The notes: a model not told the origin generated them from the sequence alone. 64,000 bases of DNA from Calcarisporiella thermophila CBS 279.70 (GCF_041956535.1 NW_027192198.1:1049055-1113054); one strand, 5' to 3'. Counted from the first letter of the stretch, positions 25,701-40,093 are shown. Numbers and translations are program-made.

Positions 25701-27446
25701 ACCCTATTCGGTGAAATTTAGATTTGAGAAATCTTTTTATAGCGGAATTTTTCTGTATAATTTTCACAGATGGATTTTTTTAAAGAGACATTCTCAGGAA
25801 GGTTAGTGTTCATAGTTTAGGCCTTTTTTGAAATATACAAGGTTCGATAACCTTTGTAAGAGACTTAATACATTTTATCAGAGAATCCTGGATACACTAC
25901 GTTTATATTTCTAGGGATAATATCAACGCATTGGATGCCACGAGGAGACGCAAGGCAAAGACCGACAAAAGCATGATGGTATTATATCCAAAGGTATATT
26001 TCCGTTTGATCTACATATAAATCAATGGGCCATGAGTAGAGGTCCAAAGGAAAAAAAATGAAGAAGAAAGCTTAAAAATAAAAATGGGTCAAGAGCCGAC
26101 AAATTCAGATCATCGATAGTCAGGAGGTGACCTTTGATTTCGAAGACGTAGGGTATACCTAGAGCGACCTAATCTGTTTTGAGTCGTTTCAACCTTTATA
26201 CTTCGATTACTTATATTTAATTTCTCTAAGTTGACCCCACTGTTATAATAAATTTTAAATTAACAGAGCACGTAAGTACTTGCCTCCAGAAAGGAAAAAA
26301 AAACCATTAAAATAAAAGTGATTTTTTATTTTACTTTCCCGTTTTCCTACAGCTGCTTTACTTTCAGCCTCATATACATATATATATATCTATTTACTAT
26401 GTTTTTTTTTTTACACCATCACATTTCTCTTTAATCCATCTATGAATAGCCGCATTGAAAGTGACTTTATCATCCTATCCTAATGTACCTTCAATTTTTC
26501 GACACCTATCCTACCTTTTTCAACCTAGCCCTCATACCATCAGGAGTAGATATCTCCCAGCGTGAGCGGGGGCCTAACTGTCTGCCATTGAACTGGCGTT
26601 CAGTGGCCCATTTCTTTGATTACCCAGCCTCTAGAGGCAAGGGAGATTGCTTGTCATTTGTATTTAATTTTTACTTAAAAATGGAATAATGAAGCGACCG
26701 ATTTCTCTCCGTCCATGGCCCAAGCCCCCTCCCAGTTCCCCAATGAATGCAGCCTTCTGCTGAATTTCAATGCATCCCAGTAGGAACGCGCATGTAACCA
26801 GATCCAAGTGCGTCCATATATTCTATTCAAGGCTTGAGTTGATGAAGTTAAATGAAAGTAAACCTTCTCACTATGACTATATATAGCAGTGTCGGGATGG
26901 TCAGATATCAAGATCGCCAGGGACGCTTCCTCAGAAATCCGATGTCTCCTTCTCATCAAGTAACGAAAATGGACGCTTGCCTCGGGGCAATACCGAATTC
27001 CAAATTCCAGAAGGAGAGAGAAGCAGGATCTTTTGGGAACAGAATATACCATTTGCTTATTTACCAGCATTGATTGCCTTGCTAAAAAGGCAGTCATCGC
27101 CCCTTTGTTGAAAAGAACAGAATGAGGGTCAAGCCTGTCCAGAATCCGCCGATGGGAGTGGCCGACTCAACCAGTAGGTCGGGTCTATTATGGGCTCAGG
27201 CCGACAGGGGGCAGGCTGACTCTCAGTAGGTTTTTCGTTAATGCGTCCATCCAAGTTGACAGCTGCGTTGTAGAAATTGTATATATATTCTTTTTAACTT
27301 ACAGAGGAGGAAAAGCAAAATGTAAATAAATTGTATAGCACCATGGATTAGTAGTAAACAGAAGAGGGGAAGATTTTTTCATATATGGAAAATGCATCAA
27401 CCCAAGGGCAAAGAGTCGGGCTCGTGGCTCTAGGAACTCTGGTCCA

Positions 27447-29025
27447 TTATTCTACAATGGTCAACTCCTTGATCCGATTGGGCGCGTAGGTGTCTTTGTA
27501 CTTCTCCCAGATTTCCTTGAGTGCATCAATGTATTGCTCTTGAAGTTCGGCTATATCATCTGCGGTAATGTTGGTTTTTTTCTGGGTAGGAATGGGCTTT
27601 CCGTCTGAAAAAAATGGCCGGGGGGTCAGAGGAGTTAGCGCACTTTCCCAGAGAAGGGCATCCGAGGAGGAAGAGCAGAGTACTTACACACGACGACAAT
27701 AGGACGTCTGTGGGGTAGCAGCCCATAGTCATCTAGAGAGAGAATCGATGTTTGGGTGAGCTTACGGGTTAGGCTCGATTCGGCAATAAAGAGAAAAGGG
27801 CTTACAATTAAAGATGCCTCGGCCATGGAAGAGCGGAAGCGTGAAGCTGAATATCCGCTGGAACTGTTTCTGGAACTTGAATAGGAAAGAGTCGCGCTCG
27901 TTCTTGATTTGGTCGAAAATGTCATTCTCTCCAAATCCAAGCACGGGAACCAGCGAGGCCCTATGGTCCACGGTCACACACGCGTTAGTTTATGGAGTTC
28001 GGGGGCGGCCAAAAAGACCCGAACATCAGCACGCTTACCCAGTCTGTAGGGCTAGTTTGATGAAGCCATGGCGCCTTCGCAAGGCCAAATCCATTGTGCC
28101 CGGACGAGAGAGCAGACTCTCCGTCGCTCCTCCAATGACGATGACAATCGAATTGCCGGGCCCCTTGTTCAAGATATTGAAGCACGACGAGCGCGACTAA
28201 AGAGCAAAGAGAAATGAGCTCGACATCTATACCGGGGGGGGCAACTGGTGAGACAAGTGCCCAGCATTACATACCACCGCACACACGCCGTGGGCCATCA
28301 GCCAATCTCTGTAAAATGGCGTTGTGAAATTAATGGTGAGCGTCAACAAATGCGGTTTGACACCCGGAAAGAGCTCGGAGAAACCAGTCCCCTCGGTAGC
28401 AAAATTAGCCCATGCGCCCATTCCAATGATGCCGTGGGGATGGTACCCAAAAATGTAGTTTTTCGATGGATCTAGATCTCCTTCCTAGAATGCATGGACA
28501 GAATTAGGGGATAAGAAAATGGGGATTCACGAAATGGGTGGCCGCCTGCCAAGTACCTTAATAGCTCTAATCGGAAAGAATCTGGGAGGCAATATAAAAA
28601 CAGGGTGAGATTCACGCAATTCCCACCACCGAAAGCCCATGGGCCACTCACTCTGCAAACCATCGCCAAACCACCATTCTCCTGACCCACTGCAGGGGTC
28701 GCCCCCCGTTTTCGGGGGCCCGATCAAATCGAGACCACACCAAGTATGAAATGACAAAGGGCCATGCAAAAGGAATGGCACAGAGCAGGAAGAAGACCCC
28801 CAAGCAGATCGACATCATGCAGAAGAAGACGAGCACGCCGAATGTCTGGCGGCGCCGGCGAAGAGGGATATTGAGCGGGGCAAACCGAATGTGCTGATTG
28901 GGCTTTTTCTCAGGCTGTGAGGGAGGGGGAGGGGCCCCGTTGTCCTTGGGCTCCTTGCCGGCGACTGCGGCGGGCTCGTTTCGGCTGTCACCATTTTCAT
29001 CCCGTGGGGCGTCGGGGATCGTCAT
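27447..29025 (-). CDS. DGA1: Diacylglycerol O-acyltransferase 2 (multi-exon)
   Basis: IRFAPLNIPLRRRRQT, FGYHPHGII, KRHGFIKLAL-like segment, ASLVPVLGFGENDIF, LPLFHGRGIFN. Confidence 0.94.
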
Positions 29026-30052
29026 GTCGAGGTGTGATTAAATGCGCAAATTCGAGCAGGTGTTTTGGACTATGAAGAGAGTTTGTTTGCAAAGCAGAAG
29101 CTAGAACGCGTGAAAGAAGTGAGAAAAAGAGAAGTGTTAATCTGAATTGGGAACCTCCAATCGCTTTCCGCCGAAAATTTGCAATCTGGTTGGTCGCGGA
29201 GGGGCATAGCGGACGAGCGAGAGGCCGATGGAGACTCAAATCAGCCGAATATCGGCCTGCTCAGAGAGCTGCCGCTCACCCTGCACCGATCCCCGTGCTC
29301 GGTAGGACTAAGCCACAGCCCGCTGCCCTATGCTTCCGCGGCATGCTCCAAAGTGACAGTTTGGTGCGGTACCAACCACCCGCCTTTGCCTCTTGCCTCC
29401 AGTGTAACAGCCCGAACTCAAAGGCCCCTTTTCATCAAGTCCCCACAAAAAGCAGCCCGTTCGTTTCAGCTTCATCCACGCCTTCTCCTCTCGAGCCCCC
29501 ATGCGTCCCCCTCTCCTTCTCCCCTGCTCCACCACGCATAGAGTCCGTCCTCAGCGCCACGAGCCGAGCCTGGCTATCGTGGCCAGAGTATTGCTGAGTA
29601 TGTTGCACAGTTAAATTTGCCGTAGAGCGAGAGCGCACCCATATCTCCACCACGAGCAGATGCTCTGCTCTTCCAGCCGCCTGGCCACAATGGCGCGGGA
29701 AGAGACATACTGTGAGCATCCTTCCCCAACTCCAGCCTATGATGTCAAATCGATAGAGAGTCGTGAAGCCGAGAATCATTACAACCCTAATCAAGCTTGC
29801 GTAACAATGGCCGTAAAGGGATATTTGTCTTAATAATTCAGGTTGACAGTACCTTTCTGCACCTGACTATGGCCAGAAGCAAGGCAGCATCCACCTTTCC
29901 GGATGCGCTACTTCTCTCTACAGCTTAGCTTAGCTTAATTTTCCTTTTGGGATGGACGACCAGTTTTATCATATGAAAAAAAAAATAATCAACCAAAAAT
30001 TGAAGGTCAGAGCCATTTCTGAAATCAGGTAATGCGGCTTCGGGCTCATCGG

Positions 30053-32217
30053 CTAGTAGCCAATGGCTTGCCCATCGCCCCGCTGATCGGAGCCGGCGGT
30101 CAGCACTCGTCTTCCTGTTCTCGCATCGCGCGAACACCGGATGATTTGCCCTTTGCCAAACACGTCCCGTTTCATGCCCGTGACGACACGCACTCGGTGG
30201 CCTTTAGCCTCCAATCCCCGCACCACCTCCTCCTTGATCCCGTCCTCGAGGTAGATAACCCCGTCCTCCTCCACGCCAATGCAAAAGCGCGGGCGGTCTA
30301 GCGCGGTTTGCGGATCCATCTTGTAATTGAGAAGATTGAGAAGCACTTGAACATGGCCTTGAGGCTAAAGTTTTGAGTGGGAAAAAAAGAGAGAAAAATG
30401 AATACACAGGCAGAGAAAGACAATGGGATCATAGTTGCCTGCATGAATTTGCCCATGACTATGGTGCAAATAGAAAAAAGTCAATCAATAGAATGGGTCA
30501 AAGAGCCAGCGGAGAGGCCAGGAAACTTACCGCCATAGCAGAGGAAGAGTTCCCCCTCCACCGTCACCATGGCCGGGATGATCGTGTGGTAGGGTCGCTT
30601 TCTTGGAGCGATGCAGTTGGGCGACCCCTCTGTCAGGTTAAACCCGCTGCCTCGATTCTGCAGCGTGAAGCCACAGCCCTTGGGAATGGCCCCAGATCCA
30701 AATCCCTGGTAGTTTGAATTGATGAAACTGCACGCGTTGCCCTCTTCATCTACCACGGAAAAATAGACGGTCCCAGGCTGAGCGAGCGGCTTGCCCCGTT
30801 CCACATCGACTGACGCCCTCTCCGGGTCGAAGAGCTTCGACCGCTCAGCCAAATAGTCCTTGTGGAGCAGATTTTCGACGGGAACGGGGCCATGGTCCGG
30901 ATCGCTAACGTACCAACGCGCATCGATGAAGGCAATGCGAAGTGCCTCGATCACCGCGTGCAGATACTCGACCGAGTTGTGCTCCAGCGCCTTCAGGTTG
31001 ATTCTTTCCTCCTTGTCGAGGGCCTCTAGAATGCCGAGGGCCATCAGCGCCGTAAGGCCCTGGCCATTCGGTGGACACTCGTAGACCGTCACGCCCCCAA
31101 AGTCGATCCGAATGGGGTCAACGCGCGTCGACGTGTGGCTTGCAAGATCCTCCAAGGTCATGACCCCCCCACGAGACTGGATCACATTGACAATCTCCTG
31201 CGCGATTCTACCCCTGTAGAATCCGTCCTTCTTCTCCCGCGCCAGCACTCGGAAGGTTTCGGCCAAATTGGGCAATCGTATCACCTCTCCTGTCTGCGGG
31301 GCCCGCCCATCTACCAGCATCTCCTCGGAGTTGGGCGACGCTTCCTTGAGCTTCTTCTCCTCTCGCCCCCACGCATGGGCCGTAATGGGGGACACGGGGT
31401 ACCCTCCCTCGGCCAGTTCAATAGCGGGCTCCAATATCTCTCCCAGGGAAAGACGGCCACTTCCAAACCACTCGACCGTATCGACCCAGCCGGCGGCCGC
31501 CCCCGGCACCGTGACGGAGTTGATGTTGGTATGGGGGATGGAGTCGCCTTGGACTTTGAGCATGTTCCGCACGAAGTCAAGGGTGAGAGCAGCGGGAGCG
31601 CGCCCCGAGCCATTCAAACCATAGACATGTCGCGATTTGGCATCGTAAAAAAGGCAGAAACAGTCGCCGCCAATGCCGGTTGAGCAGGGCTCTATGGAAC
31701 CATGAGTGGGCATTAAAGGAATTTCCAAGCGATATTCCAAAAAAACATGGTTAATTGCTATACCTGTAACATTGAGCGCAGCAGCTGCGTTATAAATAGA
31801 AACAGCAGATGATAGTAATTAGTCAACGAATAGCTGATGCTAAAATTTTGCTTGCTCACCAACAGCAACGGCAGCATCCTAACCATATATATATATTGAA
31901 CAGGGTCAGTCAATATTCTAGCCATGAGGAGACGGTGTGCAAGGCGGAGCTACAATACTCACTGCAGCATTCCCTCCCTTCATTAATATCCGTAGCCCAG
32001 CTTGTGATGCCAAGGGTTGACTATCCGGTAAAAAAAAGGAATTCGCCGCGCATTAGACCATTAATTCACTTCGTTAATAATGCAAAGGGTTGAATTCGGC
32101 ATCTTGGATTGAGGAAGCTTACGAGGATGCAACCGCGGCCCTAGTTGCAAACACGGGCGAGCGACGGGATATGCTGGCAAAGCAGTCAGGTGGATATTCA
32201 ATGGAGGGTAGAGCCAT
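30053..32217 (-). CDS. Gamma-glutamyltranspeptidase family protein (YwrD/oxamate amidohydrolase-like subgroup)
   Basis: SQPLASQAG...GGNAA|DAAVAVAAALNVTEPCSTGIGGD, nucleophile segment GTVYFSVVD, KRPYHTIIPAM, SDQRGDG. Confidence 0.93.
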
Positions 32218-33093
32218 GTGGAGAAAGAACTTGGTCCGAGTTCTCAAGATATCGGTCACAATAAATCAAGATGGACGCGAAATATTAGATCCGAGCTCCT
32301 TTGAAATATCGATTGGCTACAGAGAGCTGAATCCGAAATGGGTCAAGCCAAATTCTCTCTATATTACTATGGTTCCCTCGTGGGGTTGAATAGGGTGCGT
32401 GTCTGGCCATTCTACAAATTTTGTTAAAGGCCACACGCGTTGCTTCAAAGACTCTGAACTTAGCTATCACTTGATCATTAATATAGTTTGCTGGCAAGGA
32501 ATTGCTCCAAGGGGATGTACTTTCAGAGATGTTAGAACTGGAAGTTTTGGGCTGGAGGCCATTTGTTCCAAACTCTACAAAACACAATATAGCACAGTAT
32601 GTACCAGGAACATAGGGGTGCAAATATATTATTTTATGAATCTAGTTGTTTTGCCTTTTTTTAAACCAAGTAAGACATTAGAAAGCATTGGCATTTAATG
32701 AGATCCTATCCTATGCTCAATTACCTAAGGTCGTGGTGTATAGTTATTGATAGCCATGAACATAAATAAATTTGATATTACAATTAGCTCCAATTTTGCC
32801 TTCCGTTCCTAAGGCTCATTTATAGTGCTACCTTCAGGGGGTGGTATTACAAGGAAAATTATAAATGTTTTCAGGTTGTATTAGTGTAATTTTTTTCTAC
32901 AAAAACAATTTTATTGTAATTCTCTTGTAAAAGCTCAGTTTATCAATAAGCGGTCCCATCATTATGAATTATGAGCAGCCTACAGGTCTCTGTCAAAATT
33001 GTTTAAACTTAGTATATACAACGGCTTAAACAAAGAATTGATATTATTTTGATGGTATTATATTATTCCTTATAGGGACGGATAAATGAATTA

Positions 33094-33950
33094 CTAATGA
33101 TCCTTCTTAATGAAAACACTGATATTATACTTTAAATAATATATATATATTCGAAACAACAAGTATGAAAAAAGAAAAAGGAATATAACTGGAATAAAGA
33201 GAAAATAAAAAATAGATTTAAGCTTAAATACTATTAAAAGTATATTATTAATCTGCTCGTTTCTTTTTACATTTATCGTGAGGGAATGTTTAGGACCAAA
33301 CACTTTCTTATGGATATTAAATGTACGTGTGTAGAGTGGTTCTGCTTGCTCATATTTGCCTTGGTTATGATAGAGTTGAGCGAGATTGTTTAGAGAAGTG
33401 GCTGTATTAGGGTGCTCGGGTCTCAGTATCTTCTCTCGAATGTTAAGTGCATGTGTGTAGAGTGGCTCTGCTTGCTCATACTTGCCTTGGTCATTATAGA
33501 GTAGAGCGAGGTTGTTCAGAGAAGTTACTGTGTCAGGGTGCTCGGGTCCCAGTCTCTTCTCTCGAATATTAAGTGCACGTGTGTAAAGTGGCTCTGCTTG
33601 CTCATATTTTCCTTGGTTATAAAAGAGTGCAGCGAGATTATTTAGAGTAGTGGCAGTTTCAGGGTGCTCGGATCCAAATCTCTTCTCTCTAATATTAAGT
33701 GCATGTGTGTAGAGTGGCTCTGCTCACGTGCTGTTAATATTCGTAAGAAAGTATTCGGTCCCATACACCCCCTCACTATAAATGCTAAAAGAAACGAACA
33801 AGTTAATAATTTATTTTTAATATTTTTTAAACTAAAATCTATGAGTATTTATTTCTATATTCCATTGATTCTCTTTACTCTTATTTCATTTATATATATC
33901 TGGATATTTTAATTATCTATTACAATTTTACATTTTTTGAAAAGTTTCAC
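33094..33950. pseudogene. TPR (kinesin-light-chain/TPR_12-type, 42-aa unit) gene remnant with an inverted duplicated 3' end
   Basis: About three 126-bp tandem units at 33300-33725 encode QGKYEQAEPLYT(R/H)ALNIREKILGPEHP-type repeats on the minus strand; the 3' end VFGP-H-LTIN-KRNEQ occurs on both strands. Confidence 0.75.
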
Positions 33951-35191
33951 TAGTAAAGTAAGTAATTCCGAAGAATTTTAAGAAAGCGTGCAAGAAGGCC
34001 GACAAGGGTGAAGTGTGTGTCGAAGGCAAGAAGAACTTCGATAATCTGCGCCGTATACAGCGAGAGATGCATTATGGTTGCACCGGAAATTATTTCGCGG
34101 GAGATGTAGAACTTTGTGAACGAGAAGTTACTGAAGAGGATAAAAACCGACTCGAGAAACTGAAGGAGACTACCTTCAAATGCTGTTGCAGACCTCTCTA
34201 TCCTATTTAATAAAGTGCTAAGGGGATTTAAGAGAGGATAAAAATGCCACTAGCGCAACTAACCATGTTATAGGGCTTCGGGTATGACCTATGGAGCGTA
34301 TTATGGTAAGAATCATGGTAAGTATTAGGTTAAAAATTAATATAATTACTAAATTAAATATCGTGGTAAATATTTGGGTAAGCATTGGTATATTATTAGG
34401 GAAAGTTATAGGTTAGGTTAGAAAATAAAATAAAACCTACTAGAGGAAGGGAAGGTTTTGATGGTGGTTTGAGGAAGCTACTACAAATGATTGTGTATCG
34501 ATTGCACTAAAAATGAGCGCTCTAGGTTGGATACTCGCAGAGTTATTAGCACTCAAAGTTTTTGCTATAATACTAGAGATTTATATCTAAATAGTTTGGT
34601 CCAATCAAATTTCATAATTCTTATTTCTAAATCTCTGATTCTGTCTGACTTTTTGTGGAAACCCCCATATCATGCTATATATCTATTTTTACGGGATAAT
34701 ATAGAGTAAATATAAATTTTTTTATCAAGTTTGAATCGAGTAGTGTAAATTGTGATGGTCACAACCTCAATTCCTTTGATCGTGCCGAATTTCTTTTATT
34801 GAACCCGAAATCGGCCGATAATTGAAAAGTACGGAAACATGCACCAGTAATTCCATCCTATAGAATCTTGATTTCCCGACCAGGAGCAAAGTGGCTCCTT
34901 CTCCACGTAGTCTATCTTTGTGACCCAGAGAGCAAAGAGGGGAGGGGGAGAGTTGGAACTGGTTAAAAGCGCCCGTTGTTAACAAATGAGTTTAAATAGA
35001 GGATATCGATATTGTATAGAGTTTTCGGGCTGAAAGGGGTGGGAGGGGGGGGGAGGGAGAATAGAGAAAGTGTTTAAATAAAACCAACGGTTTAAAACTA
35101 AAAGAATAAACATCGGACAATTAAGTTATGCAAAACATACAGATATTACAACAAAACAGGTGGAGCAGAACAAAGGAGGGTGGAAGGGTTA

Positions 35192-38100
35192 TCATGCCAT
35201 GATGCCTTTTTGGTAGCTCGCCTCCTCGTCGGTGTCGACCAGCGACGCGCACAAGGAGACCAAACGCTGCACCCGCTCCAGGGCCAAAAACTCGGGGATG
35301 TAGCCGTCCGTCAATCGGGTCTTCGCCTTCTCCGCCCGCAGTACCTCTCCAATGGCCACCTCGCCCTCCCTGGGGTCGCTGGGTATCATGGGCAAGTGAA
35401 GCCGATCGCTCTCCTTAACGCGCCTTCGAACCGCAGCAAGCAGCTCTGGTGCAACAGGTGCCTCGTAATCGGCGACATGATATCGCTCCAGAAGCCGCAG
35501 CAGCTGCCTGCCGTTCAGACACCAGCACTCTTCTAGCAACGCGGGGAGCTCCTTCACGTTCGTTTTCTTTCCCTGCAGGGCATGAGTGGCCTGCCGAACA
35601 GGCTCCATCACATTGGGGTGAACCTCGTGCGCCTTGCACCACTCCTGAATGCGCACCACATTGTGTTGGATCTGGACCGCGCGCTTCCAACAGCTGAATC
35701 CCCTGCGGTCGAGGAGCTCATTGAACGCAATCGCCCCCGTCATGGACAAAAGATCCGTCAATACGCGGTGGGCAAGGGGGGCGTACAGGCAATAGCTGTG
35801 CATAACTCGCCGCAAGCGGTTAAGGGCGCGGAGGAAGAATTGGATAGTGGGCGGCTCGTCCCCTGAATAATCGAACGCGGAGGCAACAGGCGAGGAGGTG
35901 GAGGAGAGGGAAGAGGTGGAGATGGGGCGGCCGTTTTGTGCCCCGGATGCGACCACAAAATAGGCTAGCGACTGGCTCTCGACGATGCAGGGGATGACCA
36001 GGAAGCCGAATCGGGAGCGAAGCTCACGCACCCACTCTCCGTAGATCTGGGCCGCCAGTCGCGCGAGATGTTGCCGGGTGACTTCCGAACTGGGATCTAG
36101 CCGGGGTCTGTCGCTGAGGAGGGTGTGGAGCTCGAGCACGTTGCGCAGCCAATAGGCCCCCATCAGGATCGCGATTTCCTCGCCCCGATGATTGAAGCAC
36201 TGCTCCTGCACGGCTCGAATCACGTCCGCAACCAACTGCTCTGCATCTCTCCTTAGCCCCATGCGCCACAGTTGGACCAGGGCTAGGGAGATCACGCGCG
36301 CAGGGAAAATGATTTCAAACACCGAGGGCGCCGCGTGCGTCAGTGGAGGTAGTCGACAGCCGCGAATGAGCCCCTCTACAATCTCATCCCGCAGCGATTG
36401 TCCCTCCTGGCACAAAAGTTGCTGTAGCTCCCGCGCGGGATCCTCCCACTTGCTACTCAAGTGTCCGTGTATCCGCTCGGCAAAGGAGGCCGAGAGGTGA
36501 AGTGGCGAGTACCGCTCAAAATCCTGGTGATGGGGATGTGGCGCCATCCCACTTGCACCGTTCACCGCATTCATCCCGTTCACCCCAGCCCGACGCTCCT
36601 TCCCGAGAGCTTGCTCGCCCTCGCGAGAGCCAGGGCTGAGAGGCCCGTGTGCATTCATGTACGCCTCCTCCATTTCCTTCCATACGCGCTCTAAGCGCGA
36701 GTACTTTTCGATCCAAGCGCGTACCCGAGACTCCAGGTGATGTGCCCTTGCTCTAAGCGCTTCGTCCTCTGAAATATGGTCAAGACGGTTGTCTAGGAGA
36801 GAGCTACCGCCATTGCGCTTTGCGTTTCCTTGGGATTGTCTGGGGGAAGCAAAGTTGGCCAGGTGTTCCCCTCGGTATGGTTCCAATCCACTCCCGTTCA
36901 TGGCTCGGCTTTCCTGCTCCCTAAGTGTATCTCTCAGCACTGTGGCCTCTTGAGTCGCCCTCGCTTTGTTCGCTTGTTCCTCTCTCTCCAGTCGCGCCAG
37001 GAATGCTTCTCTCCTCTTCTCCCACTCTTTCGTGGCCAAATACCTTCGGATGCATGATTGCGCCACGATAATCTTACGTCGATCCTCCTTGTATCGCCTC
37101 CGTGTCACCCACCCACGATAGACTCGCTGGATGTTCTCCGCTGCCACATGCTGCTGCTGCAGTTCTTTTCTCACCTTGTAGCCTCGCCACAGCTTTTGAA
37201 GCGCAATGGCGCCTTTTTTCTGAGCACGCAGCTCACCTAGAATACGCCGTGCCGCACATCGCCTGGCAAAACATTGCAGGCGCACCACCGCCAGCAGAAT
37301 GCGGAGGTATCGACGGCGATACACAAATCGACGGATATACTTTTGAAGGACCACGACCGCTTCATCCAATTTTGCAGCGCGATATCCCTCTAAAACTGCT
37401 AACTATCGAAGTCAAAGTATCAACATGGTTAGAGCAGGAAAAGTAGAAGATGCAGTGCAGCCGGAGTTCATATCACGATTAGGGCAATGAGCTGCCTAGA
37501 AAATTTTTTTTTCCAGGAAAAGAAAGGATGAGTAGGTCAACTTACCAAGTTCGATCGCAAAAATATCTTGGTCTTTCCAATGCGGTACATCTCGGGGTCC
37601 TTCGTGTGGGTGGACTCCAACACACTCTCGCATTTTTCTTTCGCCCCCAGGGGTACCAGATCATGGCTCTCCTGCTTGGGCACAAGCATCCCGAAACGTT
37701 TCCAAAAATCTTCCAGCCGCCACTTGGCCGGAAACCCAGCACAGCTGATTTTGATCGTCTCCAGCACTCCGCACGCTCGCAGCTGCGCCAGGACGGCGGC
37801 ACGATCGAACTCCCACGCCGACTTCTGCTCGTTTGGCTTCACACACCGAATGTAGTGAACTTGGGTGGAACGCACCACTTCCATTAGACCGACGAGCGAG
37901 GCCTTGAAGATGGAGCCAAGGGTGGCGGGCTTTTTGCCGGTTCCAGGACCCCGCCCATTGCCGCCTGCTGGCGCCACCGGCGAAGAATTGGCGGACGAGG
38001 GCGAGGAGGCTCGGGACGACGCGTGGGCTACGAGTCCGCGCACAAAGTCGAAATCCGAGTCTTGCAGGAGGGCAAGGTGCTCCTCCGGAAGGGTGTCGCG

Positions 38101-40093
38101 ATTTTTCTCCAAGAAACCGTCGACCTCATACGTCACTTCGTGCGCGTAGTGCACGATGGTGAAGGCGTTCCCCCCACCAAACCTAGGGCGGCGGAAATAC
38201 TTTGCGGAGGGGGTGTCAAACTGTTGGTATAGCTTGGTGCATAGGCCCGCGTCTGAGCCCGAGGGCATTCGCGACTCCTCATCTAGCAGCGAGAGAATCC
38301 CCATCCGGCTCTCGATCATGTCGATGCAGGCCAGATTGTCGCTGAATTCAATGAACTCCCACGCAATGTCCTCACGCAAGTAATCCTCTTGCTCGAGTCG
38401 GAACACGTGCTCGTTGAATTCGCGCTGGAGCTTCTCGTTGGCATAGTTGATGCACAGCTGCTCGAACGAATTGCGGGTAAAGTGCTCGAACCCGTAGATG
38501 TCCAGGACGCCGATAAACGCGTCGCCCTGCACCGGAGAGCCCCGCGATAATCCCAGGTTGATGTGTGCAACCAGCCAATCAAACAAGTTGGCGTATACGT
38601 ACTTCACGACGGAATCCCGCACGACCACCGCTTGGGCGGGCTGGAGGGCCGTCACTATTTTTTCTGAGCGGGTCGATATTTGACGCTTGATGATCCATTT
38701 TTTGAAACCGGCCGGCGGAATGCCCAGCAGCTGGCATGCCTTTTCGAGGCGGGGGTCCTCCTCGGAAACCAGGGCTTCATTTCGGCCGGTAATCGCAATA
38801 TTTCCTATGTGCAAGAGGGCTGCCAGCAGCCGAAACATATCTCGCTGGGTATCTTCATCGATTCCGATGGTGGACAGGGCAAGTTGAGTTTGGGAAAACT
38901 CGAGCGCGTCATCGACCCCTTGAATGGACGCGACTCCTCCTTGGTTCAGGTAGTGGAAATGGTCATGGCTTGTGAGGCCAAGCAGCTCCCGGTCGGCCAC
39001 AGAGGCCCCGGCACACAGCTGATAAAATATGTGATAGTTACGCTCGGTATCCGGCTGATACACAAGTCGCGAGCGTTCGAGCAAATAGGTATCCAATTTG
39101 GCGCCGATAATGTTCGCCCGATCGTCGAATTGAATCTGCACAAGATTCGAGCGGAGAGTTAGGGCTGCATTGAATCCAATGGCCAAAAGGCGAGTCAACC
39201 TTGGGAATCTACCTTGATATACTTGCCAAATCTCGAGCTGTTGTCGTTCCTTGTTGTTTTGGCATTGCCGAATGCCTCCATGATAGGATTGGTGGCTAGA
39301 ATTTGCTCTTCCACTCCAGCTGCCCCTCTTTTCTCGCTGGACCCCGTTTCTTCGTCCATTCGCCTTCCGCTGGCGGATGCAAAATACCGCATAATGAACT
39401 TTGCACTCATTGTTTTGCCGGCGCCACTCTCCCCAGAGACAATGATGGTCTGATTCCTTTGCTCGCGGATCATACATCGAAATGCCTCTTCGGCTATGGC
39501 GAACAGGTGGGGCTCCAAGTGGTTGCGTTCGGCGGACGAGTAAGTCCGGATCATTTCAGGGCCATAGAGATCGATATGCTCAAAAGGATTGACGGCAATC
39601 AGAACGATCCCTGAGTAGGTGTAGATAATCTTGTTGGAATAGCGATTCTGGATGGTGTATATGACTTGAAAGGAAGGGGGAGAGGGGTTAGAAACGGTGA
39701 AGCAACGAAAATGGGTCCGTAGTTTGGCAATACCTGATGGCTCGTTCAAGTGCGTAAGCTGGGTGAGATCATCGACAGCGTTTAGATGAGGAGGATTGCG
39801 TAAAGGCGGAAGGCTTTTGTCTAGGGAGTCTTTATGGGTCTCAATGATGGACTCCTGGAAACGACCAATGAATGCATTAGATTAGATAGAGCTACTTAGC
39901 ATAGAGATGTAAAGAACAAAAGCAGTGGCAGCGAATGGGATACCTCTCCGCGTTCATCCATGACCACTATTCTTATTCGGTCATGAATGACTTTCTTTTC
40001 CAGCACCTCGCCTGCAATCCAGTCTTCAACTTCGCCATCCCGAGGAAGCCAGACCAGCGTTCCGCGGACATATGCGTCCAGGAGTGCGGGCAT
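35192..40093 (-). CDS. Class V myosin (motor, IQ repeats, short coiled coil, dilute domain)
   Basis: GESGAGKT P-loop, NDNSSRFGKY, DIYGFE, QLRACGVLETI, several IQ motifs, DIL-like CWKRAVQIQHNV. Confidence 0.95.

Noticed and set aside
26675-27097. 140-aa ORF as a viral or transposon relic
   Set aside because: No motif I can recognise; cannot be supported without a homology search
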